The notes beneath the pieces were generated by a model. The model worked only from the letters and a program-made list of their open reading frames with translations, had not been told where the DNA came from and searched no databases. A stretch of 64,000 bases of DNA from Squalus acanthias (lineage: Eukaryota), in contig JASTWF010000193.1 of assembly GCA_030390025.1 (NCBI GenBank), forward strand, positions 558,001-622,000, written 5' to 3'. Made by a program: the position numbers and the translations under genes. Shown here one piece after another: positions 11,960-25,129 of this stretch (its first letter is position 1; the number at the start of each line of letters is the position of its first letter).

Positions 11960-14900
11960 CAGTGCGGAACTAAACGGAGTAGACTTGAGCAGCGTGTTTT
12001 ATTTGGGAATTTGGAAAGAGTGGGAATTCGGAGAAGAGGGGAAATGCGTTGTTGCTTTTTGGCTACACTACTTGTGGTTTGTGTTACAAGTAGATATTTA
12101 ATTGCAGTACAGTTAAATTAATCTAGATCAAGTAAGTAGTCAAGAAACTACACTGTAAACTAAGTTACCTAAATACACAATAAATTAAATTTAATTAAAT
12201 AAAACAAGGTCATAAAGGGATGGTAGTGCAGGTGGTTTGCCGCAACTGTTGCATGTGGGAGTTTGTGGAGAGCATTCTGATCCCGTACAACCACGTTTGC
12301 AGTAATTGTTTACATCTTGAGGAACTCCATCTCAAAGTTTTTGAGCTGGAGTCTGAAGTGCAGACATTGCGGGACATCACGAATGGGTTGAGTTACCTGG
12401 ATGCTTTGATAAATGAGGCAGTCACATCCCTTAGGTAAGGTATTGGGATAGGTCTGGTTAGGGGTCAGGGACAGGAGGGTGTGATGGCAATTCAGGCAGG
12501 TAAGGGAACCCCAGGTGCAGTGCTGGAGGAGCCGCAGCCTTTGCCCTGGTCCAAAAGGTATGAGGTTCTTGCTGCCAGTGTGGATGAGGGAAAAGTCTGC
12601 AGGTTGACTGAGCAAGTTGACCATGGCACCATGGTGCAGGAGGCCGTTCAAGTGGGGGGAGTGAAAGGGAATGTAGCTATGGTAGGGGACATTATAGTCA
12701 GGGGGATAGATACTAATCTCTGCAGCTGAAGTTCTGAATGTTTTTTTAAAATTTGTTTATGGGATCAGGGCGTCGCTGGCAATGCCAGCCTTTATTGCCC
12801 ATCCCTAGTTGCCCTTGAGAAGGTGGTGGTGGTGAGCCGCCTTCTTGAACCGCTGCAGTCCGTGTGGTGATGGTACTCCTACAGTGCTATTAGGTAGGGT
12901 GTTCCAGGATTTTTACCCAGCGACGATGAAGGATCGGCGATATACTTCTAAGTCAGGATGGTGTGTGACTTGGAGGGGAATTTGGAGGTGGTGGTGTTCC
13001 CATGCGCCTGCTGCAATTGTCCTTCTAGGTGGAAGAGGTCACGGGTTTGGGAGGTGCTGCCGAAGAAGCCTTGGCGAATTACTGCAGTGCATCTTGTAGA
13101 TGGTACACACTGCAGCCACGGTAAGCCGGTGGTGGAGGGAGTGAATGTTTAAGGTGGTGGATGGGGTGCCAATCAAGCGGGCTGCTTTGTCCTGGATGGT
13201 GTCGAGCTTCTTGATTGTTGTTGGAGCTACACTCATCCAAGCAATTGGAGAGTATTCCATCACACTCCTTACTTGTGCATTGTAGATGGTGGAAAGGCTT
13301 TGGGGAGTCAGGAGGTGAGAAATTCGCTGCAGAATACCAGCCTCTGACCTGCTCTTGTTGCCACAGAATTGTGTTGCCTGCCCGGTGCCAGGGTTAAAGA
13401 TATTTCCTCGCGCCTGGGGAAGTCTTTGGAGTTCGAGGGGGAGGATCCAGTTTGTCGTGGTCCATGTAGCAAACAACGACATAGGTAGAACAAGGAATGA
13501 GGTTCTGCTGAGGGACTTTGAGGACCTAGGATCAATATTAAAAAGCAGAACCTCAAAGGTAATAATCTCTGGATTGTTACCTGAGCCACGCGCACATTGG
13601 CATAGGGACAAACAGATTAGAGGTTTAAATGCTTGGCTCAATGAGTGATGTGGGAGGAAGGGGTTGCAGTCCCTGTGGCACTGACACCGGTACTGGGAAA
13701 AGAGGGAACTGTTCCGTTGGGACGGGCTCCACTTAAACCGGGCTTGCACCAGTGTCCTGCCGAAAGACATAACTAGGGCAGCAGACAGGGCATTAAACTA
13801 ATGAAGGTGTGGGTGGGAGGATTCAGGAAAGAGTACATTTCAAATAGATAAAGAAAGGGGAAATCGAATATGAGAGTAAACTAGCGAGAGACATAAAGAC
13901 AGATTGTAAAAACTTCTATTGGTGTGTAAAAAGGAAAAGATTAGCGAAAGTAAATGTGTGTCTGTTACAGGCTGAGACAGGAGAAATTATAATGGAAAAT
14001 AAAGAAATGGCAGAGGAATGAAACAAATACTTTGTGTCAGTCTTCATGGAAGAAGACGCAAAAAACTTCCCGGAAATAGTGGAGAACCAAGGGTCTAGCG
14101 AGAATGAGGAGCTGGAAGAAATTAGTATTAGTAAAAAAATTATACTGGACAAATTAAAGGGACTGAAAGCCAATAAATCCCCTGGAACTGATGGCCTACA
14201 TCCTAGGGTTTTGAAAGAAGTGGATATAGATATACTGGATGCATTGGTTGTCATTTTCCAAAACTCCATAGATTCTAGAACGGTTCCCGCAGATTGGAAG
14301 TTAACAAATGTTATCCCACGTTTTAAGACAGGAGGGAGAGAGAAAACGGGGAACTACAACCATTTAGCTTGATGTCAGTAGTGGGGGAAATGCTAGAATC
14401 TATTATTAAGGATGTGAAAACAGGGCACTTGGAAAATAATAATGGGATTGGGCAGAATCAACACGGATTTATGAAAGGGAAATCGTGTTTGACAAATCTG
14501 TTAGAGTTTTTTGAGGCTGTAACTAGCTGGATAGATAAGATGGAAACAGTGGATGGGGTGTATTAGGATTTTCAGAAGACTTTCGATATGGTGCCACACA
14601 AGAGGGTGTTAAACAAAATTAAGGCTCAAGGGAATGGGGGTAATATATTAGCATGGATTGAGGATTGGTTAACGGACAGAAAACAGAGAGTAGGAATAAA
14701 TGGATCATTTTCAGGTTGGCAGGCTGTAACTAGTGGGGTACCGCAAGGATCAGTGCTTGGGCCTCAGCATTCCCAATCTACATCAATCATTTGGATGAGG
14801 GGACTATATGTAATATATCCAAGTTTGCTGATGATACAAAGCTGGGTGGGAATGTAAGTTGTGGGGAGGATGCAAGGAAGCTTCAAGGGTATACATGACA

Positions 14901-15741
14901 GGCTAAATGTGTGGGCAAGAACGCGGCAAATGGAATATAATGTGGAGAAATGTGAAGTTATCCACTTCGGTAGGAAAAATAGAAAAGCAGAGTATTTTTA
15001 AAATGTTGAGAGATTGCAAAATGGTGGTGTTCAGAGGGACCTGGGTGCCCTTGTGCACGAATCACTGAAAGTTAACATGCAAGTTCAGAAAAAAATTAGG
15101 AAAACATTGGTACGTTGGCCTTTATTACAAAAGGATTTGTGTATAAGAATAAAGATGTCTTACTGCAGTTATATAGGGCCCTGGTGAGACCACACCTGGA
15201 GTATTGTGTACAGTTTTGGACTCCTTAGCTAAGGAAGGATATACTTGCCATGGAGGGAGTGCAACGAAGGTTCACCAGATTTGTTCCTGGGATGGGGGGA
15301 TTATCCTATGAGGAGCGATTGAGTAGACTAGGTCTATATTTTCTAGAGTTTAGAAGAATGAGAGGTGATCTCATTGAAACATACAACATTCTTACAGGGT
15401 TTGACAGGGTAGATGTTTCCCCTGGTTGGAGAGTCTAGACCAAGGTGTCAGTCTCAGAATAAGGGGTTGGCCATTTAGGATTGAGATGAGGAGATATTTC
15501 TTCACTCAGAGGGTGGTGAATCTTTGGAATTCTCTACTCCAGAGGGCTGTTGAGGATGTGTCGTTGATTATATTCAAGACAGAGATCGATTTATTTTTGA
15601 ATATTAAGGGTATCAAGGGATATGGGGATTGTGCAGGAAAGTGGAGATGAGGTAAAAGTTCAACCATGATCTTATTGAATGGTGGAGCAGGCTCAAAGGG
15701 CCAAATGGCCTACTCCTGCTCCTTTTTTTATGTTCGTATGT
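11960..15741 (+). mobile_element. CR1 LINE (ORF1 and RT part of ORF2; endonuclease region deleted near 13850), degenerate
   Basis: CRNCCMWE..HVCSNC Zn finger; esterase motifs; GVPQGSVLGP; FADDTK; CR1 3' tail. Confidence 0.9.
12741..13365 (-). mobile_element. Family B LINE 3' fragment nested in the CR1 ORF1
   Basis: VRSVMEYSPIAW and the same 3' tail as 7270-7368, in reverse orientation. Confidence 0.88.
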
Positions 15742-15744
15742 AAG

Positions 15745-16490
15745 GAGTACACATACTTTTTGGAAAATAAGAGACTAAATGGGGTAGAGTAGCAAAGGGA
15801 TCATTAAATGCAGCCACACTGGTTAATAAGGCCATAAAACGGTAACAAAGCACTGGGGTTAATTTCTTGACAAATACAATTCAAAAGCAAAGAAGTTATG
15901 TTGAACTTGTTTTGAACCTTGCTTAGATCACGTTTAGATTAACATGCACAGTTCTGGTCTGCATATTATAAAAAAAGGATATAGGGGCATTGGAAAACGT
16001 ATTTTTTACAAGGATGTCACCAGATTGAGAGGTTATAACTATCAGGAAAAAATGAATAGACTGGGGCTCTTTACTCCAGAAAAGGGAAGACTGAGGGGTG
16101 ACCTGCTAGAGGTCTTTAAGATTATGAAGGGGTTCGATAGTGTAGACTTAGAGAAGATGATTCTACTTGTGGGGAATCCAAAACTAGACGCCACAAATAT
16201 AAGATAATCACTAATACATCTAACAAGGAATTCAGCAGAAATCTCTTTACTCAGAGAGCGGTGATAATGTGGAACTCGCTACCACGTGGAGTGGTTGAGG
16301 CGAATAGCACAGATGTATTACGGAGAAGCTAGATAAGTACATGAGGGAGAAAGGAATAGAAGGATATGTGTATAGGGTGAGATGAAGCAAATAGAGCGGG
16401 AGGAGGCTGGTGTGGAGCATAAACACTGGCAGGGGCCAGATGGGCCGAATGGGCCGAATGGCCTGTTTCTGTGCTGTAAACTCGATGTAA
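15745..16490 (+). mobile_element. Old CR1 3' fragment
   Basis: RLRGDLLEVFKIMKG; tail gggccgaatggcctgtttctgtgctgt. Confidence 0.8.
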
Positions 16491-18424
16491 TGCACCACGT
16501 GAAGATAAGTGTTCCATGTTGTAGTTAGTGACGGGCCCAAAGCGTCCTTTATATAATTCAAGAAAGCTAACTCTCAGATAATGTTTCATTTTCATGGATT
16601 TATTTTCTTATTAGTAACCAGAATGATTTCAAATAACCAACAGCTTTATATCTCCAGGTCTGTTTCTCACTATCACCGATTTGAAATGTACGGTTTCGAG
16701 AATTATTCTATTGTTTTGGGGTGGGGATGAACTATTTATTCTCTCCTATACCGGAGACAGTGACTCACGGTGGAGTGCACAGGAACCAACAGACATCGGA
16801 AACCACACCTTTCAGTCTGTGTTTCATGGGGGAGCCCAGACACTGAGTCTTGGTTTGCTGGTAAAGTTCATCTCCCGCACGGGGGTCGCACTGGCCATTT
16901 ATGATGTGACTGGAAGTAATATTCATACTTGTATTGAACAAGGAAATCCGTCCTAACCTCCTGGCCTGGCACGGTGCCCAGACCGGAAGGTTTAAAGATT
17001 AAAACACAGGTGGGGGCGGGAGGACGGGTAAAGGTGTGAGATATACCTGTGCACCTTTGAACTTTCCAGTGAATGAAGTACCCCTTTAAATAACATTAAA
17101 TCCATCTTCCGTAATTGGTACAATGCGGCCAAGTTAACAAACTTTAATAATGACAAATTTCCCATAAAATGGGAGCTCAAACATTGAGTTCAGCCAGGGG
17201 TCAACTAAACCGTTATCGAGTCCCAGAAACTTTTCAAACACTGCCTTTATTTTATATACATATCTGCGCGCCTCCAATTCTGGCCTCTTGCGCTCCCCCG
17301 ATAGAGGAATGGCGGATCGAATAATTTCCCAATGTAACGTTCCTATTTACTGGATCCGCTGGAGTTTCCAAATATTCTATTTTAGCAAAACAGAGTCGGA
17401 AAATACCGAAAGAAACCGGAAGAAAATGAATTCACCATTTAGAATACCATTATTATTCCCGACTTGTACTTAAAGTCCCTCTGTATACACAATGGATGTA
17501 ATGAGAGCTGGGCTCGGAATGGTCGATGCCGTGATCCGACTGTGGAACATGTTGTGGATGCTTTAAGCAATGTGCTCTGTGCTATATTTGTTGTCGCTTG
17601 TGGTTTATGTGCAGGGACTTTTTGCTAACACTGCTCGTCTCTGAGTGACACAAAACGAAACTTTGCGGCTTTAGCATCTGCCGAACTGGACAGACACCCG
17701 CGTCCATTCAACAAAGCTGTTTCCGTTACCTGATGCACATTCCCGCATATTCAGTGTTCCAACCGCGAGAAGACAGCTAGAAATCCTTGAAAACTTTGCA
17801 ATTTGCTCCATAACAGCAAAACAAGCCATGAACAAATAAACTGCAACGAATATTTAATGTCTAATATTCCATGTCCCAGAACTTGAGCTGTGAACAAGGC
17901 ACATTTCCCGTCTGCCTTCATTCCGTGGATCCACACCATGACAAGACCCCGCCAGTGTAGTAACTGCAATGGAGAACCTCTACTCTACATGTTAAAGGGC
18001 ACAGTTCCATGTACCAGTATTATTCGTTAACAGTATTGGTATTCAATAATCAGCACCGAAACCTTACCAGGTACAGAAATTCTAGGCCCAGTACAAGTGC
18101 CCAATCTTTACCAGTGCAGAGACTACTGGGCTACTTCTGGCGGTGGACATTGAAGTCCCCACTCAGCTGACATTCTGTGTCCGTGCTTCCCTGAGCGTTT
18201 CTTCCAAACTGCCTTCAATATGGAGCAGAACTGAATCCTCAGTTAAGGGAGAGTGGTCTGATTTGGTTGGTGAGGCCCAGCAAGACCTTTCGTTGGTCTT
18301 GCTTGGCCGAAAGCCATAAGGTAGTTGTGATAGAATATTTTTGTGTGAGGAATGGCGTGGTGTGGAAGAGAAAGATTGGAAACTCTCACTGGGACAACCT
18401 GGTTCAAAACAAAACTCGAAGAAT

Positions 18425-18630
18425 GGGGGATTTGATATTAGTGTGTTAAAGGTCACACCGCCCCACAGGGTGATTTCATATCAGAGTGTTAAAGGTCACA
18501 CCGCCCCACAGGGTGATTTCATATCAGTGTGTTAAGGGGTCATACGGTCCCTCAAGGTGTTTTCACATCGGTGTGTTAGGATTTCTACTATCTCACAGGG
18601 AGATTTAATCTCAGTCTTTGAAGGCCACTT
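18425..18630. repeat. Minisatellite, about 43-bp unit, 4-5 diverging copies
   Basis: ggtgatttcatatcagtgtgttaaaggtcacaccgccccacag repeated. Confidence 0.75.
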
Positions 18631-18942
18631 TCAAGAGTGCAGAATAAAAGTTCAAAGTAAGTCAGAAGACACAGATCTAAGTTCGTGGCTTGGGAGATGC
18701 AAACAAATATTAGGAGCAACTTTCCTCTACGATGATGAAAACTACGATAAATCCCTAAGTAGGAAAGCAGGAATGGTAATCATTGGCGGTGTTCCCAATG
18801 AAGTTTGAATCTACTGGAAAACTCCTGGCCCCGGAAGGATGAGTTGCAATGAACCCAAAGGCCTTTTCTTGTACAGAAAATGTCAAACTATATTTTAAAA
18901 CAATAAAGATTTGGCACTGGTCCTCCAGATTTCTTCGATATA

Positions 18943-19708
18943 GGCCCGTAATTTCCGATAGGAGGCTTCCTGCGTGCGGATGCCTCCTATCGGGAAAAAA
19001 TGTACGCCCTTACCTGAGGGCTCCCGAGGTCAGGACTCTGCCGTGCCTGGACCTCTCCTGGTGCACGCGCGCAGAGGCCCAGGTATCCCAGGGGCGCCGG
19101 CGGTTCGCAAGCGTTCCTGGGATCATGTGGGCCTGGCGACCCGATGGGAGAGGGGAATCCCCCTTCATTCTTTTGAAGTCTCCCATCTTAGACCTGTCAA
19201 CAGTATGAATGGGGATCACTCAAAAAATACACTAAAGCTTTGAATTTTTTTTTTTAATCACTTTTTTAAAATGAGTTAAAATTACATTAAATTAAATATT
19301 TTATAGAAGAATTTAATTTTTTTTATAAATAATTAAAGTTTTTTTTACGGGGCTCAAAATAAAATTACCTTTTTTAGAAGTATTTTTACATTATAAATGA
19401 ATGAAAACAAATATTGTTTTTACTTTTTTAAATTCGTATGCTGGTAAAGGCAGGCCTTACGGCTGCTTTTACCAGGCGTAAGATTTTTACGGGTTTTCAG
19501 CGGGCGGAGGTTCTGCAGAAAGCGGAACTCTGCACCCGCAGAGGCCCTTCTCCAGGATAGGCGAGCGATCTGTCAAGAGGATTCTTGACAGATCGGAAGT
19601 GCCGGTTTTCAGCGCATGCGCTTCCCATGCCTGAAACCGGCACTTGTGAGGTCCCTACGGGTGTGTACACAGCTCGTACGCACCCGTAGGAATCACAAAA
19701 TACGGGAC
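18943..19708. mobile_element. Non-autonomous TIR element (Harbinger-like MITE)
   Basis: Termini ggcccgtaattt and aaaatacgggac; GC-rich arms with an AT-rich core; homologous to 51851-52594 in inverted orientation. Confidence 0.72.
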
Positions 19709-20057
19709 ATTAGTTTAGGAAACATCATTCAGAAAAATTTGGTAAAATGTAAAGAAATCCATCCCCGCTCACTGAACGCTACAGATATATGCTGGGAAAT
19801 TAGTCCTAGTTAACAATCCCAGATTGAACCGTCACCATTCAACTCAAAGACCAAGCTCCTGAAAGAGGAGGAGGCCTTCAGGTAGACAATTTCAGGAATG
19901 CATTAATAGATACAAAAGGCAATTTACTGGATAAAATTAATGATTGTATTGTAAAATACAATAGTTGACGTTTTAAAATGTAATCTCTTATTGTGCACAA
20001 TGGAATGTTCAGACAACCGCGATTGAAAAACAAAACATACCAAGATGTTTGAGTGAT

Positions 20058-23000
20058 TTGTGGGAACCAGGATGTAGAAGCGGTTTGGGTAGAGATGAGA
20101 AATAATAAAGGCAAGAAGTCACTTGTTGGAGTGATGTACAGGCCCCCTAACAGTAACCACATGGTAGGATGGAGCATAAAGGAAGAAATAATGAGAGTTT
20201 GTCAGAAGGGGACGGCAATAATCGTGGGGGATTTCAATCTGCATATAGACTGGAAAAATCAGATGGGCAAAGGTAGCCTAGATGAGGATTTCATGGAATG
20301 TTTTCGGGATAGTTTCTTACAACAGCACGTTCTGGAGCCAACCAGAGAGCAGGCTATACTAGACCTGGTATTGTGCAACGAGATAGGATTAATTAATGAC
20401 CTCATAGTGAAGGTGCCCCTTGGCAGCGATCATAATATGATTGAATTTTACATTCAGTTTGAGAGAGAGAAGAGTGGTCCAAGACTACTATTTTAAACTT
20501 AAATAAGGGCAATTATGAGGGCATGAAAACAGAGCTAGCTAAAGTGAACTGGCAAATTAGGTTAAGGGATATGTCAATAGAGTTGCAGTGGCAGACATTT
20601 AAGGGGATATTTCAAAATACACAGAATATATACATTCCAACAAGAAAGAAAAATTCCAAGGGGAGGACCCACCATCCGTGGTTAACTTAAAAAGTTAATG
20701 ATAGTATTAAACTTAAAGAAAAAGTATATAATTGCACAAAGATGGGTGGCAGGTCAGAAGATTGGACAGAATATAAAAAACAGCAAAGAATGACTAAAAG
20801 ATTAATAAGGAGAGAAACATTAGAGTACGAGAGAAAGCTGGCTAGAAATACAAAAACAGATAGTAAGAGTTTCTATAGATATTTAAAAAAGCAAAGACTC
20901 AACAAAGTGAGCGTTGGTCCTATAAAAAGTGAGTCTGGGGAGTTAATAATGGAAAATAAGGAGATGGCAGTTGAATTGAACAGGTATTTTGCATCGGTCT
21001 TCACTATAGAGGATACAAGTAACATCCCAGAAATAGATGTAAATCAGGAAATGCAAGGGAGGAAGAAACTCAAGAAAATTATAATCACCAGGGAAGGAGT
21101 ACTGAGCAAATTGTTGGAGCTGCCGGCTGACAAGTCCCCGGGTCCTGATGGACTTCATCCAAGTGTCTTAAAAGAAGTGGCGGGTGAGATAGTTGCCACG
21201 TTGATTTAAATTTTCCAAAATTCTCTAGATTCAGGGAAGGCTCCATTAGATTGGAAAATAGCGAATGTAACTGCTTTATTCAAAAAGGGAGGGAGACAGA
21301 AAGCAGGAAACAACAGGCCAGTTAGCTTAACATCTGTCCTAGGGATGATGTTAGAAGCTATTATTAAAGACATTGGGCCAAAAATTCATCCCGCTGCGCG
21401 AGAGTACGCACTGCGTACTCTCGCGTATTCTCTCTCCAATTGCCGGTTTTCTGCATGCCCTGCGCATGCGCTGAAAACCGGCACTTGGTCTTTTGAAATG
21501 GGGGCGGTTCCTCGGTGCATCGCGTGCGCGCTACAGGCTGCGCGCACGCTGTGCACTTCGTGCTTTGGACGCGCAGGTAAGGACGGAAGATTTTAGAAAT
21601 GGAAAAAGGAGGAGTAAGACCCACTTTTAACAAGGTAAGTAGTGAATTAAGTATTTTTTTGAATTTTTTTTAACAGGTATATCTTTTTTAGAGACTTTAA
21701 AGACAGGTAAGTTTATTTTTATAACTTTTTAAAAGATTTTAAATTTTTTCAAAAATTTAATTTTTTATTTAAAATGGTTAATTTATTTAACTATACTTAT
21801 TTTATTAATGTGATGGTTTTTTTTTAAAATTTAATTGAGGTTTAGCTGTTATTTTGGGGGGGTGTAAGATTCATAGATTTCACAGCACGTTTGTGAAACT
21901 TATGAATGGAAGATGGTGTGCTGCCATTGGCTCTAACTGAGTCACGTGATCCCACAGCTCGCACGAATTCACTACGCCGGTGGGATACACAAGCACTGCC
22001 CAGCTGATGTCTGGAACATCAAGTTCCTGCGAGCTGGATCTGAAAAAGCACACGCGGAGTTAGAGATCGCGGGGAAGCCTTACCCCCACGGGAACAGAGC
22101 GAGATCAATTTCTGGGCCATTATAGCAGGGCACTTAGAAAAGTTAAACGTAATCAGGCAGAGTCAACATGGTTTTGTGAAAGGAAAATCATGTTTAACCA
22201 ATTTATTGGAGTTCTTTGAGAAAGTAACGTGTGCTGTGGATAAAGGGGAACCGGTGGATGTAATGTACTTAGATTTCCAGAAGGCATTTGATAAGGTGCC
22301 ACCTCAACAGTTATTGCGGAAAATAAAAGCTCATGGTGTAGAGGGTAACATATTGGCATGGATAGAAGATTGGCTCGCTAACAGGAAACAGAGAGTAGGC
22401 AAAAATGGGTCATTTTCTGATTGGCAAGATGTAACGAGTGGTGTGCCACAGGGATCAGTGCTGGGGCATCAACATTTTTCAATTTATATAAATGATTTGG
22501 ATGAAGGGATCGAAAGTATGGTTGCTAGATTTGCTGATAACACAAAGATAGGTAGGAAAGTAAATTGTGAAGAGGACATAAGGTGGCTACAAAGGGGTAT
22601 GTATAGGTTAAGTGAGTGGGCAAAGATCTAGCAAATGGAGTATAATCTGGGAAAATGTGAAGTTCTCCATTTTGACAGGAAGAATAAAAAAGAAGCATAT
22701 TATCTAAATGGTGAGAGATTGCAGAGCTCTGAGGTGCAGAGGGATCGGGAGTCCTAGTGCATAAATCGCAAAAGTTTATTATGCAGGTACAGCAAGTAAT
22801 GAGGAAAGCTAATAGAATGTTATCATTTATTGCGAGTGGAATTGATTACAAAAGTAGGGAGGTTATGCTTCATTTATACAGGGCATTGGTGAGACCACAT
22901 CTGGAGTACTGTGTACAGTATTGGTCTCCTTATTTAAGGAAGGATGTAAATGCGCTGGAAGCAGTTCAGAGAAGGTTTACTAGACTATTACCTGGAATGG

Positions 23001-23462
23001 GCGGGTTGTCTTATGAGGAAAGGTTGGGCAGGCTAGGCTTGTATCCGCTGGAGTATAGAAGAGTAAGAGGTGACTTGATTGAAACATATAAGATCCTGAG
23101 GGGTCTGGACCGGGTGGATGTGGAGAGGATGTTTCCTCTTGTGGGAGAATCTAGAACTCGGGGTCACTGTTTAAAAATAAGGGGTCGCCCATTTAAGACA
23201 GAGATGAGGAGAGTTTTTTTCTCACAGAGGGTCGTGAGTCTTTTGAACTCTGTTCCTCAGAGGGCGGTGCAAGCAGAGTCTTTGAATATTTTTAAGCAGA
23301 GGTAGATAGATTCTTGTTAAGCAAGGGGGTGAAAAGTTATCGGGGGTAGTCAGGAATGTGGAGTAACCAAATCAGCCATGAACTTATTGAATGGCGGAGG
23401 AGGCTCGAAGGGCCGAGTGGCCTACTCCTGCTCCTAATTCATATGCTCGTATGTTCGTATGT
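20058..23462 (+). mobile_element. 5'-truncated CR1 LINE ORF2 (APE plus RT), interrupted by a MITE
   Basis: YRPP, GDFN, SDH, KSPGPDG, SCLTNLLEFF, GVPQGSVLG; tail tatgttcgtatg. Confidence 0.93.
21375..22118. mobile_element. PIF/Harbinger-like MITE, 744 bp, ATT TSD
   Basis: TIRs gggccaaaaattcatcccgc and gcgagatcaatttctgggcc; ATT on both sides; excision restores the CR1 frame IIKD-I-IAGHLE. Confidence 0.88.
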
Positions 23463-23524
23463 AACATTGTGGCTAGATTGCATAATTTCAGTTTGATTAG
23501 TTTACGAAAATAAACTCTGGATCG

Positions 23525-23750
23525 ATGGATAGATAGATAGATAGGTAGATAGATAAATAGGCAGATAGTTAGATAGAACGATNNNNNNNNNNNNNNNNNN
23601 NNNNNNNNNNNNNNNNNNNNNNNNNNNNNNNNNNNNNNNNNNNNNNNNNNNNNNNNNNNNNNNNNNNNNNNNNNNNNNNNNNNNNNNNNNNNNNNNNNNN
23701 NNNNNNNNNNNNNNNNNNNNNNNNNNNNNAAACGGACGGACGGACGAACG
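23525..23750. repeat. (GATA)n/(GACG)n microsatellite with an N run (23583-23729)
   Basis: Read directly from the sequence. Confidence 0.85.
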
Positions 23751-23909
23751 TCTGTCCGACTGTCTTTTAGGTTTTATTTTATCTTCTCAGGAAACTTGTA
23801 TTAATTACCACTAATTAAAGATTTCTGATGTCAGAATATAAGTTTAGACTTTTGCATAAATTGCTCAGTGAACTGGTGTTTTTAACATTTGATGTTATTC
23901 CAATATATT

Positions 23910-24676
23910 GGCCCAGAAATTGATCTCGCTCTGTTCCCACGGGGGTAAGGAGCAGGCGCGATCTCTCACTCCGCGTTGGCTTTTTCAGATCCAGCTCGCA
24001 CGAACTTGATGTTCTAGACATCAGCTGGGCAGTGCTTGCGTATCCCACCGGCGTAGTGAAATCGTGCGAGCTGTGGGATCACGTGACTCAGTTAGAGCCA
24101 ATGGCAGCACACCATCTTCCATTCATAAGTTTCACATCCGTGCTGTGAAAGCTATGAATCTTACACCCCCCCAAAATAACAGCTAAACCTCAATTAAATA
24201 AAAAAAAAAACCATCACATTAATAAAATAAGTATAGTTAAATAAATTAACCATTTTAAATAAAAAATTAAATTTTTGAAATTTTTTTAAATCTTTTAAAA
24301 AGTTATAAAAATAAACTTACCTGTCTTTAAAGTCTCTAAAAAAGATATACCTGTTAAAAAAAATTCAAAATAATACTTAATTCACTACTTACCTTGTTAA
24401 AAGTGGGTCTTACTCCTTTTTTCGTTTCTAAAATCTTCCGTCCTTACCTGCGCGTCCAAAGCACTAAGTGCACAGCGTGCGCGCAGCCTGTAGCGCGCAC
24501 GCGATGCACCCAGCCTGTAGTGCGCACGCGATGCACCGAGGAACCGCCCCCTTTTCCAAAGACCAAGTGCCGGTTTTCAGCGCATGCGCAGTGCATGCAG
24601 AAAACCGGCAATTGGAGAGAGAATACGCGAGAGTACGCAGTGCGTACTCTCGCGCAGCGGGATCAATTTTTGGCCC
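23910..24676. mobile_element. PIF/Harbinger-like MITE, 767 bp, ATT TSD; inverted near-identical copy of 21375-22118
   Basis: Same TIRs; ATT at 23907-23909 and 24677-24679; internal duplication of about 24 bp. Confidence 0.88.
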
Positions 24677-24691
24677 ATTATGTTGTTCTAG

Positions 24692-24951
24692 ATTCTCACT
24701 CTTTGATGTATCACTACACACTGAAACATGGGATTTCTGATCTTCCGGACTATAGTATAATGGAGGTTGTGGATGGCTGTGAGATAGACTATTGTGACAG
24801 CAATATGTACATAACAGTTCCAAGTAAGCAGTGGATGGTGAATTCCTATGACACCAGTTACTGTGAGGAACTCACAATTACTGCAGCCAGTTTCCACGGA
24901 ATCAGAAAGGGCAAGTTTCCAGAACGTTACAGCAGATGAACTTCAGTTCAA
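24692..24951 (+). pseudogene. Orphan MHC class I alpha1-domain exon (paralogue of 40458-40718), 1-nt deletion
   Basis: ag|ATTCTCAC...TCAA|gtaagt; reads DSHSLMYHY...DGCEIDY...VPSKQWM...ASFHGIRKG; 260 nt against 261; restored end QVSRTLQQMNFSS; no alpha2 or alpha3 exon found nearby. Confidence 0.88.
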
Positions 24952-25129
24952 GTAAGTTGATTTGTTAAAAAAAAAAGATCCTCCTGGATCTACCTGGTGA
25001 AACGCACAGCACGCAATCCTAGTTGAATTCTATTATTTACTTTTGCCTATTCATTCAGCTGTACCGGAGACCGATGAAAGCAGTATTCTGTAAATACATT
25101 AGTAATGTTCCAGAACGAGTGAGCGGGAT

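Noticed and set aside
24394-24939. 181-aa MITE-MHC fusion ORF
   Set aside because: Non-ATG start inside a non-coding MITE, running by chance into the pseudo-exon.
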